Below, in pieces: positions 34,109 through 40,808 of a stretch of DNA of 40,808 nucleotides. The notes beneath the pieces were generated by a model. That model had not been told where the DNA came from and did not search any database. It saw nothing but the letters and a program-made list of their open reading frames with translations. Position numbers and translations under genes: made by a program. Source of the DNA: Octopus bimaculoides (Eukaryota); NCBI RefSeq assembly GCF_001194135.2, contig NC_069006.1:26162754-26203561 (forward strand), given 5' to 3'. The first letter of the stretch is position 1. Each line of letters starts with the position of its first letter.

Positions 34109-34834
34109 ACACCCAGCACTTGGCTGGTACTCATTCACCCATTTACAGCAGAGCACACTGGAGTAGCATGGGATGAAGCTTCTTGCTCAATTTATATTCT
34201 TGCAACATGGCCACAGTTGTTTGAGCCAAACCTCATCAGATGAGTTAGAACTTATTTGATGTTGTTTGGTTAACAATTGGTTTGCTGAAACAACAATAGA
34301 CTTGTTTGTTTATAAAACCATTGATAAAATAGTCTTTATACACACATATATAAAAGTATGGATGCATACACCCACACCCACACACACATGCACGTGTGTG
34401 AAAAACTGTGAGCAAACCCTTTGATACAACTACCAAACGACATCCGGTGACTTACTTAAAAATAGCATCTCATTAATTGCTATATTGATTTCTTCTACAA
34501 CATATGTAATTGTTTATCTGGCAATCACAGCATGGTCCCTGGGTTCAAACCATTAATGGTCACAGTTCACCTGTCGGGGAAACAGCTCTGATGCCATTAT
34601 AAACATTTAAAAATAAAAAAACCTCTTAGTGGCCCTTTTGTGATTGTGTTAGGTTGCTGCACCTATTTTATTGCTCCAATTATTACAATTTATTATCTTA
34701 TTATGCACGTTTCAGTGTTACTGAAAGCAGTTAATCTACAATTGAGGTTCATTAGCATTAATTAGGATTAGCCTGTATCACTTTCTACAACTCCTATTTT
34801 TTATTAAGAAACATTTGTAAAACAATTAATAAAT

Positions 34835-35174
34835 GGAGGAGTGGCTGTGTGGTAAGAAGCTTGCTTCCAAACCACATGGTTCCAGGTTCAGTACCACAGT
34901 ATGGAATCACCTTGTGAGTAGATTGGTAGATGGAAACTGAAAGAAGCCTATCACGTGTGTGTGCGTGTGTCATTATGTTTGTTTCTGTCCCTCTCTTCTT
35001 GCTTGACAACCAGCATTGGCTTGTTTATGACTTCATAAAGAAACTGATAGAATAAGTACCAGACATTGAAAATAAATAAATGAATGAATTACCAAGTCAG
35101 TTTGTTTGACTAAACCCTTCAAGAAGATAGATGCTCCAGCATGGCCGCAAACTGGAGCAAGTAAAACAACAAAA
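34835..35174 (+). mobile_element. SINE family B, full span with internal deletions
   Basis: Head GGAGGAGTGGCTGTGTGGTAAGAAGCTTGCTTCC..GGTTCAGTACC and tail GCTCCAGCATGGCCGCA..GCAAGTAAAA. Confidence 0.85.
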
Positions 35175-35630
35175 TGTGTGTATGGTATTTCTGTATACTT
35201 TTAAAAGGTCTCTTCATTAGCATTCATTGTATCTTTTAATTTCTACAAAATCTTAATCTGTATTTCAAAGTTGTATTTCTCAAAGAAATACCATCAGACA
35301 AGAAACAAGTGCAGAATGTTGATAGAATTTATAATCAAGAATTAATTGTGGATGTTTTACTCATGAAATTAGAAAGATGCTAATTATGCTGATGTATCCA
35401 AGAAATTCTTACAAGGAAAACATGTCTGCTGCTGCTGCTGTTGCTGCAGCTTCTTAATTGAAATTAGAGATAATGGAACTTATTAAATGAAGGAGAGAAA
35501 GAATATTATTTGTGGAATCAGTTGTTTTGGAATTTAGAATAATAATATTGATTTTAAAAAAATTTTTTCTTTTACGATGTTTGATCATATTTAGGCGGGA
35601 GTGTCATATTGGGGTTGTCTATTGTTATGT

Positions 35631-35925
35631 CTTTTATTTGTTTCATTCATTACACTGTCAGCCATATTTTTTCCTATCAAACAAATCTACCCCAGTACTT
35701 TTTAAAGCCTGGTGCTTATTTTGTCAGTCTGTTTTGCTGAACTGCTAGGTGACAGGGATGCAAACACATACACACACACACACGCACACACACACACATA
35801 TATACATACATACATATGACAGGCTTCCTTTCAGTTTCCGTCTACCAAATCTACTCACAAGGCTTTGGTTGACCTGAGGCTATAGTAAAAGATACCTGCT
35901 CAAGGTGGCACACAGTGGCACTTGA
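35631..35925 (-). mobile_element. SINE family B, diverged
   Basis: GGCTTCCTTTCAGTTTCCGTCTACCAAATCTACTCACAAGGCTTTGG..GAGGCTATAGTA..CAAGGTGGCACACAGTGG. Confidence 0.8.
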
Positions 35926-37110
35926 CCACACAGCCTCTCCTGCACCTTAGTCAAAGAACACACCCCACATCCAATCTAGAAATTGAACCTACAACCCTAT
36001 GGTCATGATCCAAAGATCCTAATTACTTGCCTACGTGTCTTCATTTTTTCTGAGAATCTGAGATAATGAAATAAAGACAATGGTTGTTATATTAGACAAG
36101 TTGAAATCCCGCCATCCTTCCCCTCGTATCAACCATGTCCAACCCCTCCCCCCTACTACAAGGAAATTGTTTTCTTCTGATGTTGCATTTGAATTATTCC
36201 TTGGAACCTTGAGGTTATTTCCAATGTCAGCAACCATTCTTTACCAATTTGGAATAAATTTCCAGAGATCGCCACCACCACCACCCCCACTACCACCACC
36301 CTCCCACCATTACCCAGGTAGGATGTCACACCTTTCACAATTACACACCTGGGAATTGGTGACGGCAGAAAGACAAAACACTTTGCTTCCTTCATGACTG
36401 ACTTTAAACTGTTTTGCCTCATAAAAGCCATTCGTCACTTCATCCTGTTGTTGCTGTTGTTGTTGTTGTGATGTGGGATTCATTGTTATTTCACCTGACT
36501 TCAGATTAATCTAGAGACAGAATGTTCAGATTATTTCTGCAGTGCACCCCTGCCACACACATGCATATATGTAGGGATGTGTGTGTGTGTGTGTGTGTGT
36601 GTGTATAGAGAGAGAGAGAGAGAAATAACGTACACACACACCTACAAGCATACACACATCATACACACCTACATAGATACACAAACACACACAAATACTT
36701 AGATCTACACGCACACACACACACACACACACACAAACACCTGCTTAGATACACACATACACACACACACTCAGGCTCCTGGCCATTACATAACACCAAA
36801 GCTTGAAAATCATGCCTTTACAATGCAAGATCAGAAGATGACTACAAAAATCCCTTTTTGATCAAAAGGTGAGAGTTGAAACCTTCAAGAATTAATCTTA
36901 AAATGTCAATTCTATCACATTCCTGCAGAAGACATTATTCATACAATCCACAACTGATCCATAATGACATCGAGAGATTCTCATTTTTGTGTATAATGTT
37001 GGAACAAAAACATCATGAAAAGACTGTTCTGGAAGAAAATTAAAAAAAAAAAAACATTTTTCTCTGGTANNNNNNNNNNATATACACACACACACACACA
37101 CATACACACA

Positions 37111-37248
37111 CGAGGGGGTGCTGAAAATTTCCTGGCTTTGGGTAAAAGAAAATACAGGAAAGCCCTGTAAAAGAACTCAGAAGGTTGGTTCTCCAAGCAG
37201 GCTTTTCCCGATACCCTTAAGCCAGGAACTTTTCAGCATACCTTTGTA
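37111..37248. mobile_element. Mariner-type MITE (~138 bp)
   Basis: TIRs CGAGGGGGTGCTGAAAATTTCCTGGCTT and AAGCCAGGAACTTTTCAGCATACCTTTG, with TA on the right flank. Same family as 2890-3260. Confidence 0.8.
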
Positions 37249-37979
37249 TATATGTACATACATATAACATGCATACTATATACATATGTACAAACATTGT
37301 CATTCTCCAAATACAATGAATTGGTGGCACAGTGAACAATTGTTAAAACTTTCCAGGGATACTTTATTCAAGGTCCCTGGACTAAACAACTGCACACAGT
37401 CTCTTGGGCATATTGTGAACACACACACACACACACACTATTGTTCAATCACTTTAGTTCTTTATATAAATCATCCACATCAGAGATCTGTAAAGTATGC
37501 CGAGGAGGTTCAACAAGGCAGAAACACGTTTTGAGTTGTCCTCTGTACCTACCAAATCTCCAGACTCAACCTCTTCTCCCCTAAACTACACACTCCCACT
37601 TAAGTATAATACTTATGCATTTCAGAATTGTCTCCCTTGCTTTCTTTTGCCAGAATTAATCCTTACCCCCAATTTCGTTTTCTTCTCCTCACATCTCATT
37701 TAAATAACACCACATATATCTTTGTTCGTTATATTCTGTATATATCTGATATGGACTTCACTAGTTTTATACGTTGGCCGTCATTTCATATTTTAAACAA
37801 ACTCAAACCTCACCATCATCATCTCTTTCCCATTGCTGTTAATATCGTCAAAACTGTCAATGAATCAACAATTATGTTATCGTTTATTCTAAGATAAAAA
37901 CTTTTAATGTTCCACAAATGAAATTCAAAATCAAATTTAAAAAATTCTTAACTGAGTTTCATTTAAAAAAAGCTATGCA

Positions 37980-38022
<43 letters not shown>

Positions 38023-38224
38023 CTGTTTCTTAACGCTGAGAAGTGTTCGGTGTCTGAGGTGGATTGAAAGCAAACCAAAAAATTGTCTCGAGATAAACCA
38101 GCAACTGATGAAAGGCCTCCCTCAACCTGCTAGAAATAGTAGTCACATTGTGTTTAAGAAAGACGCGTTAGTGATGTAGTTGGCGGTTGTGGTGGAGGGG
38201 GGGTGGCAGTTGTTAGTTCTGACA

Positions 38225-38335
38225 GGCAAGGTTGGCATTGGCAGAATTTGAACTCAGAACATAAAGAGCAGGAATAAACGCTGCAAGACATTTCATCCAG
38301 CACGCTCACAATTTTACCAATCTACTGTCCTCACC
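38225..38335 (-). mobile_element. SINE family A head fragment
   Basis: GGCAAGGTTGGCATTGGCAGAATTTGAACTCAGAACATAAAG..CATTTCATCCAGCACGCT. Confidence 0.7.
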
Positions 38336-38458
38336 CACCACTCTAGGAGTAGTAGTAGTAGTAGCACCAGAGTCCCCTTGTTTCCCATGTTTATGGCTAA
38401 TCACATGGACATGGATCCTCACATATGCAACTCTTTTACTCCTCCTAACTCTGCATAG

Positions 38459-38563
38459 GTCCAACCCAGTGATGTTCGCAATGTCTACAGAAACGGTGTT
38501 TCAAGTCACATCAAAGAAGATCTGGATTTTAACTATTTAATATCTGAGACGCTAAAAATTAAG
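38459..38563 (+). CDS. Candidate isolated 105-nt coding exon (phase 0/0), product unknown
   Basis: Pyrimidine tract plus CTAAC plus TAG acceptor at 38456-38458. The only open frame is VQPSDVRNVYRNGVSSHIKEDLDFNYLISETLKIK. Donor AAG|GTAGTT is weak at +5. I recognise no homology. Confidence 0.25.
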
Positions 38564-38994
38564 GTAGTTCCATTCTTTCTCATGAATATTTTAATTTTCA
38601 GGTGATATACAAGAATTATTCGGTTTTAGCCGAATGCTGTAGGCATCTGGCAGTACTTTATATTTTTTTTTCAACATTGTATGGATGGTGGAGCAAGTAA
38701 TTATATTAAAGTTCAAACGTTAAACTGAAAAATTGATTTACATAAAAAAAAAAAATTAGGAAAGAGAGAAAACACAACGATTTAATCATCCAGAAAATCT
38801 TATCAGTTTTAAAATTCTGATATTGAAGTGTTCAGCAGAGGTATTTGATGTGAGTTTACTCTTGTGCCATAACATTGATTATCTCGGTTCCAGCAAACCA
38901 TCTATGACAAGTGTGTACTTGATCTATCAGTGAATCCTCTCGGTTTTTTTAAAGATTTCGCATTTTGAAATTCTTTTAGTGTATCATACCAAAT

Positions 38995-39515
38995 TTAACC
39001 CTTTAGCATTCAGACTAAATTGTTTTGAGTCAATCATGCATGATCTCGTAGCTTCGGAACTGAATCCTAGTATTTAGGGTGTCGCCCTCATGATCGCTTT
39101 ATCGCGAGTTCGATTGCCAGGCAGGGTAATGTGTTGTGTTCTTGAGCAAAACACTTCGTTTCATATTGCTCAAATGCTGCGTGGAGACTGGCATGTAAAA
39201 AAAATAGGCCTAACGGACCCTCTGTGTGTCGTAAAAAGTGACTAAAAGAGGATATGCACTCCAGCCTCATAAAACCCTCCCCATCAACAACCACCCAAAA
39301 CAAACCCATGGGTTGGAGGGTTGTCCCCTGGGTGGTGCAAAGGCGTCATCTGCCAGGCGTAGGGTTACGGAATCACCAACAAACGGTGGGGCCAGTGACA
39401 TGTTACAGCACATGCACACATATTTCTTCTACCTTGAGATTTTGATGATGTGATTGTTTATTTTCAGAATGACATTGTAGGGTATGCATAAGAAGCCAGA
39501 TATGGCCAGCTTGGA
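38995..39515. mobile_element. piggyBac-type MITE split by an insertion containing a family C-like SINE head (~39077-39170)
   Basis: The left part TTAACCCTTTAGCATT..ATCTCGTAGCTTCG (38995-39056) resumes as TTGAGATTTTGATGATGTG..TTTATTTTCAGAATGACAT at 39434. This is collinear with the 2457-2652 copy (ATCTCATAGCTTCAAGACTTAAATTGATGTGG..TTTAGAATGACAT). Confidence 0.65.
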
Positions 39516-39678
39516 AAGAAACAACTGAGGGTGACATTTGCTTTTGGCAGTTAGTATTTGGTTCAGTTTCCTTGTGTAAGCAGAAAGAGGTCCAGAGCAG
39601 ATTAAACACCTACATTTCATTAATCGACAACCAAACGGTTTAAGATGTTCAAAGACTGTAATAAAGTATTTTTTCTGT

Positions 39679-39732
39679 GAAGAAGAAGAAGAAGAAGAAG
39701 AAGAAGAAGAAGAAAAAGAAGAAGAAGAAGAA
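39679..39732. repeat. (GAA)n trinucleotide repeat
   Basis: Direct reading, ~18 units with one interruption. Confidence 0.95.
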
Positions 39733-40772
39733 TCTAACGATTAAAACATCAATCTTCATCATAGAGGGTTGTTTCTGATGGTTCAGAATAAACAGAAAGG
39801 GAGCAACGAAGGAAAGTGAGGGGGAATAAAGGTGGTGGGGAGCAGAGAATAAGGGAGTTGTGAGATAAAATTTTGAAAAAATATTGGTGGAGTCCAGGAG
39901 AGAATAGAAAAATCCTGGAAAATATTTACATTGTCTGTGGGATTATCGTCTTAAAATGGATAACAATTCTTGTCATAATCTTCNNNNNNNNNNNNNNNNN
40001 NNNNNNNNNNNNNNNNNNNNNNNNNNNNNNNNNNNNNNNNNNNNNNNNNNNNNNNNNNNNNNNNNNNNNNNNNNNNNNNNNNNNNNNNNNNNNNNNNNNN
40101 NNNNNNNNNNNNNNNNNNNNNNNNNNNNNNNNNNNNNNNNNNNNNNNNNNNNNNNNNNNNNNNNNNNNNNNNNNNNNNNNNNNNNNNNNNNNNNNNNNNN
40201 NNNNNNNNNNNNNNNNNNNNNNNNNNNNNNNNNNNNNNNNNNNNNNNNNNNNNNNNNNNNNNNNNNNNNNNNNNNNNNNNNNNNNNNNNNNNNNNNNNNN
40301 NNNNNNNNNNNNNNNNNNNNNNNNNNNNNNNNNNNNNNNNNNNNNNNNNNNNNNNNNNNNNNNNNNNNNNNNNNNNNNNNNNNNNNNNNNNNNNNNNNNN
40401 NNNNNNNNNNNNNNNNNNNNNNNNNNNNNNNNNNNNNNNNNNNNNNNNNNNNNNNNNNNNNNNNNNNNNNNNNNNNNNNNNNNNNNNNNNNNNNNNNNNN
40501 NTAAGTTTATCCGTTTCCTATCATCAGCATGTGTAAATTTATACTTAAAGTCATACACACACATACACAAGCAAATCTATCTACCTGTCTATCCATCTGT
40601 CAATCTCTCTCTCTCTTTCTCTCTCCCTCCCTTTATGTGTATGTGTGTGTGTGTGATATAAAACAAAATCCTAAAATACAGGTGGTGGTCTGCATCGGTA
40701 AGACCTCTACACAATACACATGATATATGCTTAACAACCGTTTTCAATATCAAATATCTTTCAACACACACG

Positions 40773-40808
<36 letters not shown>

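Noticed and set aside
35413-35452. Minus-strand poly-Gln/poly-Ala mini-exon
   Set aside because: It arises from a (GCT)n repeat, with a poor acceptor and a TT|GT donor context, and has no partner exons.
36266-36317. Proline-rich exon candidate (CAG...CAG|GTAGGA)
   Set aside because: The coding appearance comes from an (ACC)n repeat, the acceptor lacks a pyrimidine tract, and there is no support from neighbouring exons.

Overview
AT-rich, repeat-dense eukaryotic DNA from a gapped draft scaffold with nine N-gaps. The SINE, RTE and MITE repertoire and the microsatellite load point to an octopus or other cephalopod genome (inference, not a database result). The only well-supported protein-coding content is four phase-compatible + strand exons (2021-2138, 2719-2821, 5265-5332, 6760-6876). 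They encode the C-terminus of a Rap1 GTPase-activating protein (Rap1GAP-like), ending in a coiled coil and TGA; a probable 3' UTR runs to about 8.8 kb. The remaining ~32 kb is mostly tRNA-derived SINEs of at least three families, decayed RTE-clade LINE pieces, mariner and piggyBac-type MITEs, hammerhead-like repeats and simple repeats. A few isolated promoter or exon candidates on the + strand (28.9, 30.1, 38.5 kb) are unconfirmed. Almost all ORFs in the supplied track are artefacts of microsatellites or N-runs. I found no CRISPR array, tRNA or rRNA gene, or intact transposon. I cannot claim a new biological system. The best leads are a possible frameshifting exon skip that would remove the Rap1GAP coiled coil, a variant-core hammerhead-like repeat flanking that exon in inverted orientation, and a TATA-plus-microexon module at 30.1 kb.
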